64,000 nt of DNA from positions 3,271,979 to 3,335,978 of the forward strand of contig CAVNZM010000007.1 of the NCBI GenBank assembly GCA_963693365.1, read 5' to 3'. Positions 51,577-64,000 of the stretch are shown piece by piece; within the stretch, counting starts at the first letter, position 1, and the number at the start of each line of letters is the position of its first letter. Origin of the DNA: Amoebidium appalachense. Its lineage: Eukaryota; Protista; Ichthyosporea. The notes beneath the pieces are model-generated. The model was not told the DNA's origin. It made no database searches and saw nothing but the letters and a program-made list of their open reading frames with translations. The translations under genes and the position numbers were made by a program.

Positions 51577-54500
51577 TTACCAAATATCTATCAAGATCCT
51601 CTACTATTATAACATAAATTTTTATTACCGCATTAAAATTACTAATTTTATCTCTATATCCCGTTCTTACCTGATCATTAATTATTCATAGTACCATCAA
51701 CATTCTATTACAAAAGTGTTATTTTATATCATTTATCGTGGTGGGAAATATGCTCATGCTAAATCCTTTATTCTATTCCAGGAAACCTCTCTTTTTTACT
51801 ATGGAAAAGAAACTTCTAGTATAAGAAGACCCCTTGGCCAGATTATTGCTTTGCAACATTAAAGACTAATGAATAAATGATATTCCTATACTTATATGTA
51901 AAGACACAGAAGAAATTAGTGTCAGGTAAAATATTAAACCAGCCAACACAATGTCTCTAGGTTTAAAAGTTCAAGTCCCTCAAAAATAACAGCATCATAT
52001 ATTTAACAACTAAAATCTGAAATGCCACTTCGACACCAATAATGATTAGATTTCTTTCTATCACACAGGAAGATAATAGTTGACACAGTCCCACTAGATA
52101 AAATAGTGTACCATAGCTCTAAAGGCTACCAATTCTATTCTTAATCAATATAGGATTAACATAACTCCAGGGTGAAAATTTTGCTTAGAAATAATGAACG
52201 TAAACCCAAGTATTATTATCAACTTTCAGGACTTCTAGGTCATTAAATAAACACGATTCGCTAATCTAGCTTAATAGTAATATATTTATTTTGTAAATAG
52301 AAGACCGAGAGTGTAAGTTCATACTGCTAAAGACGCAGGAAAATTTTCAAACCTCCACCATATGCTATCCCCCCCAAGAAGGCACCTAATATGAATCCGA
52401 ATTTAACACACAGTAAACTCTATATAAGATCCTTTTTCAATTGATTAAGAAAAATATAATAATTATTTTATATTCATTCTTACTTTATCTGCACATATAA
52501 CAATCATAAATCCAATAAAAAATTTTCCCTATATGCATAGCGCTGTCACTGCACCATTGTTAAATTTTGATTTAAAATTATTTTATGTGAAATCAATATC
52601 CATTACATTAACTACTCAAACATGTTCATATAACAAGCAATAAACTGAATTTGTAAATTATCAATAATAGTAATCTCATCATGCTTCCATTTAGTTGTAA
52701 ACATCCCAATAAGCAATTTTTCTGGGCCCTTCCAAAGGATTTATTTGAATAACACTAACAGTCGATAACCTCTACAATTAACGTCTCATCTGCCTCAGTC
52801 TTCCCTGTTTGGTCTAAACCAGTTACCACTATCATTCAAACCCCCTGCTTTTACAATATTCACACTTACTCTCCATATTAGATTTACTTAATTTATCTAG
52901 GCCTAATAGTTAAAAAGACTATCTATTATTTACATAGTTATTCTCACCTAACATAAAAATATTGATCTTTATTTTACAGGAAAACTTACAAATAATAGTA
53001 ATAAATCCGCTCGCGCAAAGCCATTCTTAGTAATATTATTATTTTAAAGCATATATATATCTTTATTTTTGCCAAATTTAGGTAATTACATTTCATACAT
53101 ACATTAACACCTTAATATCTGTTTATTGATGTTATACTGAATCAAATTAATCTAGAATGCCAAAAGGCTCTCATTAAATACAATTTTCTCTCTTATATTG
53201 GGAGCTGTTGTACTATGCTCAGTCTATTTGGGTGCCGAAGACTTAGGACTTTCAGTAAATACATATTACAGATTTCTCATATGATCTCGACGTATAAAAT
53301 TTTTAATCCACATAATTCTAAATAGCTAAACCAATTTAACCTAAAGAATAAACTTCTAACCCAGGTAAAGATAGATAATATTTTTATGTATTAAGAGAAA
53401 CAACTATAATTTTAGCATATAATATTATTATTAGAAAGATTAATTTTTAATGAGAATAATAGGTACCCGCATATAGCGAAGTTTATAATGGAGTCTTATG
53501 TTAGTGGCACTTTGCCATTCTCTGCTATACTACTTTCTCAAGCAGTACATACCTTACCCCCCCCAAAGTTATGATATTATTTGTGCCAAGTTTATGTGAA
53601 GACATTCTACCTATGCCTTGATGCATTAATGTCTATCCACGGTATCAGATTGCAAATGCTCAAAGAGAGGTGACTTTCAGAAATACTAAATACAATCTAC
53701 AATTGTTTCCTGAATACAGAACCATTAAGATTAGAATAGTAATAACCTAAATGTCATTACGATTTTCTTGTCATCCTAGCTCCTCCATCGAGTACAGTTT
53801 CGCTTTTCTCTTAAGAACTGCTACACTCTATACAGTCTATATGAATGCAAACCCCCCCCCTAAAACTTTAGATAAGTAAGTATTACAAATCTTTCTTGAT
53901 CTAGACGTAATGTACTTTCAATGAATTAAATTTCAAATAGCTAAATCAATAAAATCTCAAAATGACCTTTTCAATTTTAATAAGGATAAAGAATGCCGAT
54001 AATATAATAGCTAAGGATAAAACTCCTTTAGCTACTAAGAGTATTTAAGTAAGTATACTTAAGAGAGAGTATAAAAAAATGACGTGTTGAAATATGGGAA
54101 GAACGATGAATATCTAATGAAGATACTCTAACGGAATAATTTACTAACTCCATTCTTAATCTGAAAGAAACTAGAATTATTGAAGCTCCTTGTGGAATGA
54201 GTCGACCTAAAGTAACGCTCAATCAAATTCCAAATGATAATGCTAAAGTCACACCACTGTAAAGATTAGCATTTTAAATATAATTAATCTGTCCCATTTA
54301 AACCCTACTATATATGAAATTAATAGAAAGATCACAGAAGAATAAAAATGAATTTCTTTTTTCCCCCCCAAGGTTATCTATTCCTTAATACATAACAGTC
54401 TCGTATAAGAATTTTACTAAAGATTATCTCCTAGTTGGTACGATGTACTTTTTCTATGCTTAATTTATATGCTATTAATATTAGGAATTCTATTTTCATC

Positions 54501-56388
54501 GTAAATGTCCTAAAGAGGAAACAGAAACTCCACGTGTAATCTCTTAAGATCCTACAGGTGATCAAAATTTAAAGAATCTATTACATATATAAGATTCAGT
54601 TTTCTCCCATGTAAGATTGGATTTCCTGCTCATAGCCCTGCTCTTTGTGTAAAGAGCTATTAAATATATATTTAAGATACTCCCTCTTAGAAAGTTCTTA
54701 AATTTTTAGACTGTCTCAACATACAGCTAAATTTATGGTGGACTAATTGTGCTAGTTCAATTTACCACACCTTGTTCCACTAATGCCGATGACACTAATA
54801 TAAATAAAGGTGAAATAAAAAAATAGCAGTATTTAATATCTCAATTCAATATGAATCCTTGGGGGTACTAGACGAGCTTGTCGTCATGTGATGATAAGAG
54901 CATAAGACTTATCTCTTAGCGATAAGGCTCTTTAGAGACTCTTGTAATTACAAAATTAACAATTTACCCTGTATAAGTAGAAGAACTTGCGAGTTGCGAG
55001 TTCTAGACGAGCTTGTCGTCGTATGAGGATAAAAGCATAAGACTTATCTCTTAGCGAGAAAATTCAAGAGAGACTCTTGTAATCTGAAAATTAAAATTAT
55101 CTATAACAGTATACTTTAATAGATACATAACGGTATAAAGAAATAATAAAGAACGACGACAACCTTGTTAAACATTAGGATTTCCCTGCTCTAATAAATA
55201 TCATTATGAATAAAGATTCTTATTAAGTCCATAAAATGGAGCACCGCAAAAGTTCTGTAGGCTTCCGTAGGTACCCAACTCCTGATAGGCTAAAACTCAG
55301 ATTTTGATTAGCTAAAGATAGAAAAATGATAGTTCACCTTGCTCTGGATTGATTTTCATCTTATATTCCTGACATAAAATAGATATAAAATAGAGGAGGA
55401 GTTGGTACCTACGGAAATCGACGGAACTTTCGCGGTGCTAGAATCATCATCCTTGCAATTATTAGTTGCATGCTTACCTATTAAGCTAAATACCGGAGAA
55501 ATATAGAATCCTGAAGTTGATAGTAAGACTTTCGTAGGAAGAGTCCAACTAGTTTAGGGTCCAAATTTTTGGGTCCATTTAATCCGCTTAGGAGAGATCC
55601 TGCGCATTTAGGGGGAAAGATCCTGCGTACTTGAAAGAGACCTTATCGCTAGACAGAAGTCTATACTCTTGCCTTAACCAGCCAAAAAACCTATAACCAA
55701 ATAATCCGGAGTTCAAGTGTTGTATCCAATTGAACTATATCGACGATAATAATAAAGAATTCGGTACCTACGGAACTTTCGCGGTGCTCCAACTTACAAG
55801 GAATTAGATCATGAGTCTAATGGATCAATCGTAATCCGTCTCTTTTCTAAATTTCCTGCTTCTTAATAAATAAGTTAATCAAATCTTTAGTAGCTATTTA
55901 AGATTTTTAAAAATTCCAGTCCCTTATCTGCTAAAACTCCGATTCTGATTAGCTAAAGTTATAAAAATGACAGTTCCCCTTGCTCTGAATTAGATTTTCA
56001 TCTTATATTCCTGACAGAAACTAGGTGTAGAAGTAAATTTAGGAGTCGAACCTAAAATGAATTAGACTCAAGAGTCTAATGGATTAACCGTAATCCGTCT
56101 TTACTCAAAAAGTGCTAGATTTACTACTGTTTAAAGTAATATATTTTTAATAAATATTGCTATTAAGATAAAAATGTTTAATTAAAACTTAAGATTTTAA
56201 AAAGTCCAATTTTTGATTTGTAAAATTACAAAATTGACGATTTTTTGAAATTTGACGATTTTCCGAAATTTGACGATTTTCCGAATTTCTGTATTTAGGA
56301 TTTCAAATCTCATCTTATATCGTGACACAAGCTTAGAGTAAGAGTAGAGAGGGAGGGGGCGAGATGAAATAACTAGACTGGGCCCCCC
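51577..56388 (-). repeat. Second, inverted and partial copy of the AT-rich unit, ending in the same terminal repeat
   Basis: 51577-55404 is the near-exact reverse complement of 45445-49274 (mirror ORFs 46627-46821/54028-54222). 55405-56388 is a diverged, rearranged version of 44525-45444. Confidence 0.95.
56030..56106 (-). tRNA. Uninterrupted paralogue of the 44829 tRNA (8-nt anticodon loop CTCTTGAG; likely pseudogene)
   Basis: Acceptor GAGTAAA/TTTACTT, same D-arm GGATTACGGTTAATCC, intact TTAGG-TTCGACT-CCTAA T-arm. Confidence 0.7.
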
Positions 56389-58631
56389 GTCCTCCAGCCA
56401 TCCAACAGATGACTTTAAGGATGACGACGGTCTTTTTTAGTGTGACTTTTAGAACATCCTGAAAGATGGCTTTAAAATTGCATCAAGAAATCTTCTGGTG
56501 CTCTTGCCAGAACTATGAATATATAATTATTCTATCTATGGGAGCGACCATATATAACGTTAGGCCGTCCTAAAGCCGTCTAAAGTGTATTAATTGTGTC
56601 TTTTCCTCAATTGATGATGAATCTATATTATGACGTAAATACGTCTAACGCATATCTTGTTTGTGTCACTATGTACCAATAAAAATATCCCTAGCAAATC
56701 GGTGAGTTGCTTTTAGTACGTCCTAAAGTCGACAACTCGTGTTAGACTGAAATAACATATTACATAACTACATTTTAAGGATACATTTAGGTTAACCACA
56801 ACATATCTGTAATATATCTCTGCAAATTCTTCAAGAGGTGTTAAGTATGCCACATATATTCATTAAAGATGGATATTGGTGATCGAAAAGCGCTCTTGTA
56901 GACGGCTGACCGATAGCTTACAGATATGCTGGGGATATCTGTTTAGTAAAAGTTTATAAATATTGTCTTTTTATAGATTCGTTTAAGACATAACAAAGAC
57001 GGCTCTAAGATATGCTTCGGGGAGGAAACAGATGGAACACGGGATAGGGTTTCGCCGGGTTACAGATATGCTAAAGGTACAATAAGGACATACTTACAGA
57101 GATGTCTTTAATAGCGCCTGCTAAAGCCGGACGGCCCCCGTTAGGGATAGCTTGGAGTCATCTCTAACTAATAACGGTTATAAAGGGTATTGTTCAGGAT
57201 GGGTTACGGGTTTAGGATGTCCCAGAGTGGTTTGAGACGGGAAAAAGATGCCGGGAGATGTTTGCTGATGTATATATATGTCGAACTGGGATGGCGATCC
57301 AGTATAAATCATTATCTATAGCCATGGCGAGCTGGTTGACTGCCAGTCTAAACCTAGTCCACGGGATGCACCTTCCTCGTGTCTTAACTGGTTGACTACC
57401 AGTCTATAAATCAGTCCACAAGATGTTCATGCCTTGTGTTTACCTGGGTGGTCCCCAGTATAAAACATTAGCCACCAACACGTCACACATACACTAGTGT
57501 TTCCTTTATATATATCTATATCGACGATAACGGCATGACTTCATGTTCCGAGTCTTCCGAGGCAACCGTCCTTGTGTGCCTCTTCCGTTTTGGTTTTCTC
57601 CTTCCCAACTTAAGGATCTTCGGTTTGCATCCTCGAGTGGGGAGACTTGTGTGTGACGGCCCCCACGTGTTAGGACCTCATCTACCGTCACATCAACAGA
57701 CACGAGAACACAAACTTCAACCCCTTGAGTGGGGATGTTGGAATACGTCACTACGTATCACAGCAACTTGAAGAGCCTTGAAGTATGTATGTGTCTTAGC
57801 TTTGTTTACGGTATTCGTGTCTGCTTTCCTCTGTGCTCTCTCCCTTTTCTCTTTTCTTTCTCTCTCTCTCTCCCCCCCCCCCCCCCCCCCCCCCATATCT
57901 CTCTCTCTCCCTTGTTTCTGTGTGCACAGATGATATCTGTAGATCTGTGCACACCTGGCTCTCTTGCCTGATAAGAACTTATTGTATTTTATTTCTGTTT
58001 GCTCTCCTATGTTTATCTGTGAGGTAGCGTGATTGGCTAGCTACATTCGTTGTCTTTCTTTTTAAATTATTTCAAAGTAGCTTAGTTTCAGTTCTCAATA
58101 GGATGGCTCGCCAATAGTCGCGAGCGAGTACATCTGTAGATCGTGTTGTGCATTCCTGTCTATTAATATATGTGTTGTGATCGGACAATAGATACATATG
58201 GAATTCGGTTCATTGCAATGTGTCTTCACTTTGAGAGTGTCAACTATTAGGAAATATATGTATTTAAATCAGTTTCTTTATAGCCTAACGAGTATAAATA
58301 TATATGTGCAGTAATAGTGACAATATATATAATTACTTAATTTATTTAAGTAAGAGCTTCCAAACTTTAGTTAAGTCGGAAGTTGGAATGCGTATGCTCT
58401 GTCGGAATGTGTTTTTCTATCTTCTGATAGAACCGATTGGTTCTCCCCCTTTAGGTGTGATAAGCTGATAAGTGGCAAGTACAAAAAGAACCGAGAGCAC
58501 AATAAAGGATCACTTGTTGTTTGAAATCTTTCAATGTCTCGTGAACAACTCTGATTGCCCTCTCTTTATTGTGTTAGTCGTGTTTTACATGACACCTCTG
58601 TGCACTCTGCTCCCTTAAACCGTAACAAAAC

Positions 58632-58764
<133 letters not shown>

Positions 58765-61156
58765 CCACACGTGCACACACGCCTGTGCGCGCGGACACAC
58801 ATAACATAGATATCTGCACACGGGCATCGGGGGGGGGGGGGGGGGGGGGGGTTATGTGTGTGTGTGTCTGGGGGTGTGTGCTCCCTCGGTAGCAGTAGCT
58901 TCTAGTGGATTCGGTCCAGTGGGCCGAGTCGGGTTTGTGTATTTTGGGACGATTCGATCCGGTATTGTGTAGTGTGAGTCGAGCCAATAAAGCAATGAAA
59001 GCAAGTATAAGTTATAAATACGTGCAGGGGGGCCAAATCGATTCATACTAGCAAGCCGGCACAAGCTTTCCTTTTGAGACAGGGGCTCACCTAGTCTAGC
59101 TGGAGTGGTGTTTGGTAACAAGAGAGCATCGGGATATTCCTTCCTACCACCACCAGCATAATCACCGAGATCTATTAAATCATCAACAATAAAGTTAGTG
59201 CATGTATCTACTACGAGATGTGAATCTGGTCTGGCTTGTGCAGATTCTAATAGGCGCATATATATAGGGTGTTTCATTGCATAGCATACACATAGATCAA
59301 CTCTACCCCACTGTGACTTGAGCTGGGATAGACGGAGGCGAAAGGTGGGAGGAGGAGGGGGGAGCAGATCAAGGGAGATCTTAGGTAGGAAAAGGATAGG
59401 AGAGTGGTCAGATGACCTAGAGAGGTTAGGGGGGAGAGAGAGTTTTGACATGGTTGATGGCCAAAAGGCCACTCCCCAGTCGGTGTTGTGGGCATGGGAT
59501 ATTTGAGGGAGCCGCAAAGTGTGACTTTGGACATACCTTGCTAAAGGGATAGCGCGCTCCGGGGGCTTAGATGGGTACCCGACACTCACTTGCAGTGTGT
59601 CTGTGTGGTGGAGTCGCGTGTTAAAACCACCTAAAATAACAGTGGACATTGGTAACTGTGACAACTCGTGAGTCAATTCGGCAACCGACATAGATGGTGG
59701 GTAATATACAAAAGTAAAAACATTAGAAACTCTATAGAAACCGAGAATTCCGTTTTTACACGTATTACAGGAGCCCTCGACTGGGTTGTCATAGATATCT
59801 AAGGGAAACCTGCCAGTGGCACGATGGCTTTGCGCGTACACGTGTCGGCTCAGCAGGTGCCCCAGGAGATTTCGTTCACCAAGAAGGAGCTTGATGAGTT
59901 TATGAGCGGGAAGAAAAAGGAGTCCAGCTGGAGTGTCTGCTCATTTCTGAAGGACTACCGTGAGAAGAACAAGACCTTCCCGACAACGTTGGTTTTCCTG
60001 ATGCATGCCCTCAGGGTGGAAGAGCCTATGTGGTCAGCATGTCGAGAAGGTATGACGGTATGGCGTTTAGCTGATAGAAGTTGCATGCGTGTACTCTTTT
60101 TTATAGAGCATTGGGTTAAGTTGAAAAAAAAGAGGGGAGGGTTGGTTGGCTAGTACTATTGGAAACGTGCATGATCATTTGTACGCTGGCAGTCAGACGC
60201 CCAGGCCGCGTTGGGCGCGGTGCGCAAAAAGGGCAGCAGCAGCCCCGCCATGCAGCGAGTGCTATGGCAACTGCTGCAGTTGACATATAATATGTGTTTG
60301 GAAAAGGGGCTCCCCTGGCCCCAAGAGCTGTCGTATTACATTCCGGGCGAAGTGAACGACCGTGCGGATTGGTTGTCGCGGATTGATCCCCGCCATGATT
60401 GGTCGGTTACCCCTGCGGGGTTCGAGCGTATCGAGCAGACACTCGGATTGCACACGGCGGTGGATCGGTTTGCTACACCCATGACAGCAGTCAAACCCAC
60501 GTTTCACACATGGACCGCGGTGGTCCCCGTGAGCGGTGGGCAGGATGGGCTTGCCGCCGCATGGCAGCCCCAGCTGGTGGGCGCCACCGTTTCCGTTGAT
60601 CAAGCGGACAGTGGCGAAGATTCAGCGGGAATGTGCGCAGGGAATATTAGTGGTCCCGGTGTGGGACACCGCCTTCAAGTTATGGTGGCCGGTGGTGCAA
60701 GGGATGGCACAGGCCCACACGGACCTAGCCCCCGAAGAAGTGGTGTTTCCGGTTGGTGTCCGGTCTTGGCGAATGCCAGTGCGTGCCTTCCTATTGGACG
60801 GCAGCACCCGCCCCCCTTCATGATTGGATGAAAATCACTCGCCGCGCCGCTCCTGCCATCCAGCTTTGTGTATTATTTCTGTAAAATAAGAATGTGGTCG
60901 CAGATAGCAACAACATATCTAAATACCTCGCTTGATTCATCAAGCTCTATTTAGAGATGTATTTAGGCCAACTGATTGGTTGGAATAGTGTTCCAACAAT
61001 CAGTGGCCACTAGGGAGCCGACTATGGTATATAGGCGGCGACTCGTTCTACTCGTCTTAGCTTTGTTTCCCCGTCGGCCCCTACTTAGCCCCACCCACCC
61101 GCCCGAGCTGTGTTGCATTTCCCCGTCTTTAGCTAGTCTCGTGCTGATTGGCTACG

Positions 61157-61238
<82 letters not shown>

Positions 61239-61703
61239 ACACAAACACACGCCCACGCATTGAGGGTAGTGGAGGGGGAGGATAGGGTAGAGGGGTTTTC
61301 TTCGTGCGGTGTGTTTATTTGGATTTAGTTCGTAGAGAGGCAGTGCATGCCATGGTATATGTGTACGTTTCTGATGATCGTGCCCGGGGGGCACTTGGCT
61401 GAGCCGAGCCAATAAGCAAATCGAAAGCAACAACATATCTAAATAGGCACACCTTCCAGAATCTCGGGTGCTTTATCGGATATATCACATATCCCGAGGC
61501 CCCCTGATTTTCCCGACGATAGACGGGATATTTTTACCTATTAAAAAAAAAAAAATACAAAAAAAAATACCTACCCTTCAGTACCATAGCACACCGGCCA
61601 GCCCGCAGCTGGTGAGGCAATACTTGTCAATACTGGTCCATCGGCGAAAACAAAAGTGGCTAATTAGACTTAACAACAGAGAAATATATTATACTTTTTA
61701 ATT

Positions 61704-62287
61704 GGGGCCGGTAGGCTCCTTTCTACTCCACGAGATCAAATTGGAGTAGGGTTCGAAAGATCCGGAAGTGGAGGGGGGAGCCGGGGAGGTGAGGGGAGGC
61801 CGGGGTAGCTGCGAATATATGCGATTTGATTAGCTAATGGGAGGAGGGTAAACGATAAAAACGCTTTTGCCCAATCGCTGATACGGATTTTGAAGAGCAA
61901 ATAAGTGGGTGTTTATAGCCCCGATAAGGAACGGAGAACGGATACCGGGGTCAAATACTGTAATTTGAGCTTTTGGGGTACGAAGTTTGACTACCTTGGG
62001 GGTCTCTAAATGCGATTGGACAATTTGCGCCCATCTCGGTACCAATTGTCTAGATCGCTGCGCTGTTTGCAGCGAGCGCGGCAATGCATTTTGGGCAGCT
62101 ATGGCACGTTACCACCCAGTAAAACGTAACGGGGGCACTCAGTAAACGTACTGAAACAAACCAAGCACACCTCTTTTCAAAAGTACTTCGCGTAGCCACG
62201 TAACGGCGTTGTTGAGTCATTTGCCCACACAATATGGGTTCCCGCAAGGTTTGTTCTGGTGGTGGAATGAGGACCTGGCAGGTCGTT

Positions 62288-62339
<52 letters not shown>

Positions 62340-62497
62340 CCCCCCCCCCCCAACTCCCCCCCCTACTCCCCCCCTCCCCTCCCCCCCCCCCCCCCCCCCA
62401 CCCCACCCCTCTCTTCCTGTCCCAAACGCCCAAAGACTTTCCCCGCACACGTACCTCCTAGTTTCTCGCGACAGGAACCGTGACACATACACACACA

Positions 62498-62565
<68 letters not shown>

Positions 62566-62779
62566 GCACACTGTGATACACATAGGAACCCACACACGCA
62601 CACACGTGTACACGTACACACATGAGCACTGACATGCACACACACAGGACGTGGATCACAAACACACACACTCTTCAACATTCGTTTTCTCATAACAGTT
62701 TTGGATTGTACCTGCGCGAGGGGCATGAGCCACCGGCCCCATCTAGCAGACGGGAGCCCCGCATTCGCCTGCCAGTATC
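61704..62779 (+). mobile_element. Non-autonomous Helentron/HINE (DINE-1-like) element
   Basis: Absent from the paralogous T-run at 25917-25921. 5' GGGGCCGGTAGGCTC, subterminal inverted copy GAGCCACCGGCCCC at 62727-62740, 3' stem-loop 62746-62772, T-run target, internal microsatellites. Confidence 0.75.
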
Positions 62780-63158
62780 TTTTTTACACGTGTAAACCAG
62801 TTTCACTTGTGTACTAAGAAGAAGCGATATTGAAACACACTGCATGCGTGCAGGCCCGCACGGCAGTTCTATGGATTTCCCGCCGACTTTACTGCATTCC
62901 TTTTATAAATTAGCCGAAATATGCGTTTTCACATTCCTTTTGGTCTCCCCAGACTTAAACACAACAGTGCTGGGTGCATGCCTATATAAGTCGCCACCGT
63001 CCACTGATGGCTCACACTGCGCCGATAAACGTTGGGGCAAGTTGTGTATACTTACCTCACGTATCTACCTATCACCTTGTAACTACGCACGTACACTCTG
63101 TCTCTCACCCTTTCCCACGAATCCAGTGTTTTTCGAGCACAAAAAAATAGTCTCGAAA

Positions 63159-63626
63159 ATGAGGCGTCGATCCTACCAGCAGCCCCTGATAGGGGCAGCG
63201 GTCTTGTGCGGGTTGGCTTCGGTTGGCTTGAACGGAGTCGGCGCTCATATTCCGGTGAGCGTCGGCGCTCAGACATTCACCGGAACATGTCGTGGTCACT
63301 ACACCATGAATCCGGTTCTAAACCGCTGCCAGTGGGCGTGTGACGACATCTGGCGTTCAAAGGGTATGTGTGATGGTCGCCTCGACTACCAGGCAACACC
63401 GACATGTGCCCAGCGCACAGCAAAGCCCGCTGACATGGCAAACTGCAACCAAAATGACCCTCGGTACTATAACGACGCTGGGACTTGCCTTGAGATGTGC
63501 CTGCCTGGGTTTACGTTCACGCCGCCCAATAAGTGTTTGTACACGTGCCCTCCCGCTTGGGAGACACGCGGGCAGTGCAATCTTGCGCGCGAGATGGACT
63601 ACCTGACGATTCCTCGGTCCCCCCAG
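63159..63626 (+). CDS. Exon 1 of second copy of the mosaic lectin gene (continues beyond the window)
   Basis: Near-identical to 26295-26762 (two amino-acid changes visible), same GT donor. Confidence 0.88.
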
Positions 63627-64000
63627 GTACCCTCCCTGCTCCCCCCCCCCCACCTCTCTATCACTATCCTTCAATCCAATTTGTATTGGTTAAGGTTGAA
63701 ACGGCGAAGAGGGTACCAAATCTCCATGAATGATGACTGAGAACTTAGTTGCTACGCTGCCTCAGATTTCGGATAGTGTGTGTATTGTTGGCGAACCTTT
63801 CTAACTGCGAGGCACAATTCAGTATTGGACATCTTGGAGCTTTCAGAATTTATGACCGCTCGGTCTATCTCCTAAAATGAACTCTAACGAAGAGCTATTT
63901 TTCTGGCCGCGCCCTTGCTGTCAAACAGTCCCCTTCTAGATCTGTAAGCCTGAGTAACCCACAATCTGTTACTTTTTGTCTTATTTTTAGCCTATTGAGC

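Noticed and set aside
44525-56388. Polinton, virophage or giant-virus insertion
   Set aside because: It is AT-rich with inverted repeats but has essentially no ORFs: no polB, integrase, capsid or ATPase.

Overview
Repeat-rich eukaryotic nuclear DNA with spliceosomal introns, long poly-C/G tracts and (CA)n microsatellites. From left to right it holds: two tail-to-tail Ty1/copia retrotransposons (one truncated, one full-length); a DDE-transposase relic; a complete Ngaro-type tyrosine-recombinase retrotransposon with split direct repeats; LTR, LINE and DIRS relics; and a ~22-exon gene for a secreted mosaic lectin/adhesin (unrecognised Cys-Trp repeats, 2 F-type lectin, WSC, PAN, 7 CnaB/SdrD-B-like, EGF). 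After a LINE RT relic comes an ~11.9 kb AT-rich block made of two inverted, terminal-repeat-capped units that carry organelle-style tRNA pseudogenes. This block is best explained as nuclear-integrated linear mitochondrial-type chromosomes (inference). From ~56.75 kb a segmental duplication of the ~15.4/20.9-27 kb region begins, which gives empty and filled sites for the Ngaro element and for a Helentron-like element. The most unusual signals are a 37-nt hairpin inserted at the same T-loop position of different tRNAs, which also joins tRNA halves into chimeras, and a 0.7 kb intronic insert whose ends resemble the termini of the AT-rich block. All alignments and coordinates were read by eye and may be off by a few bases.
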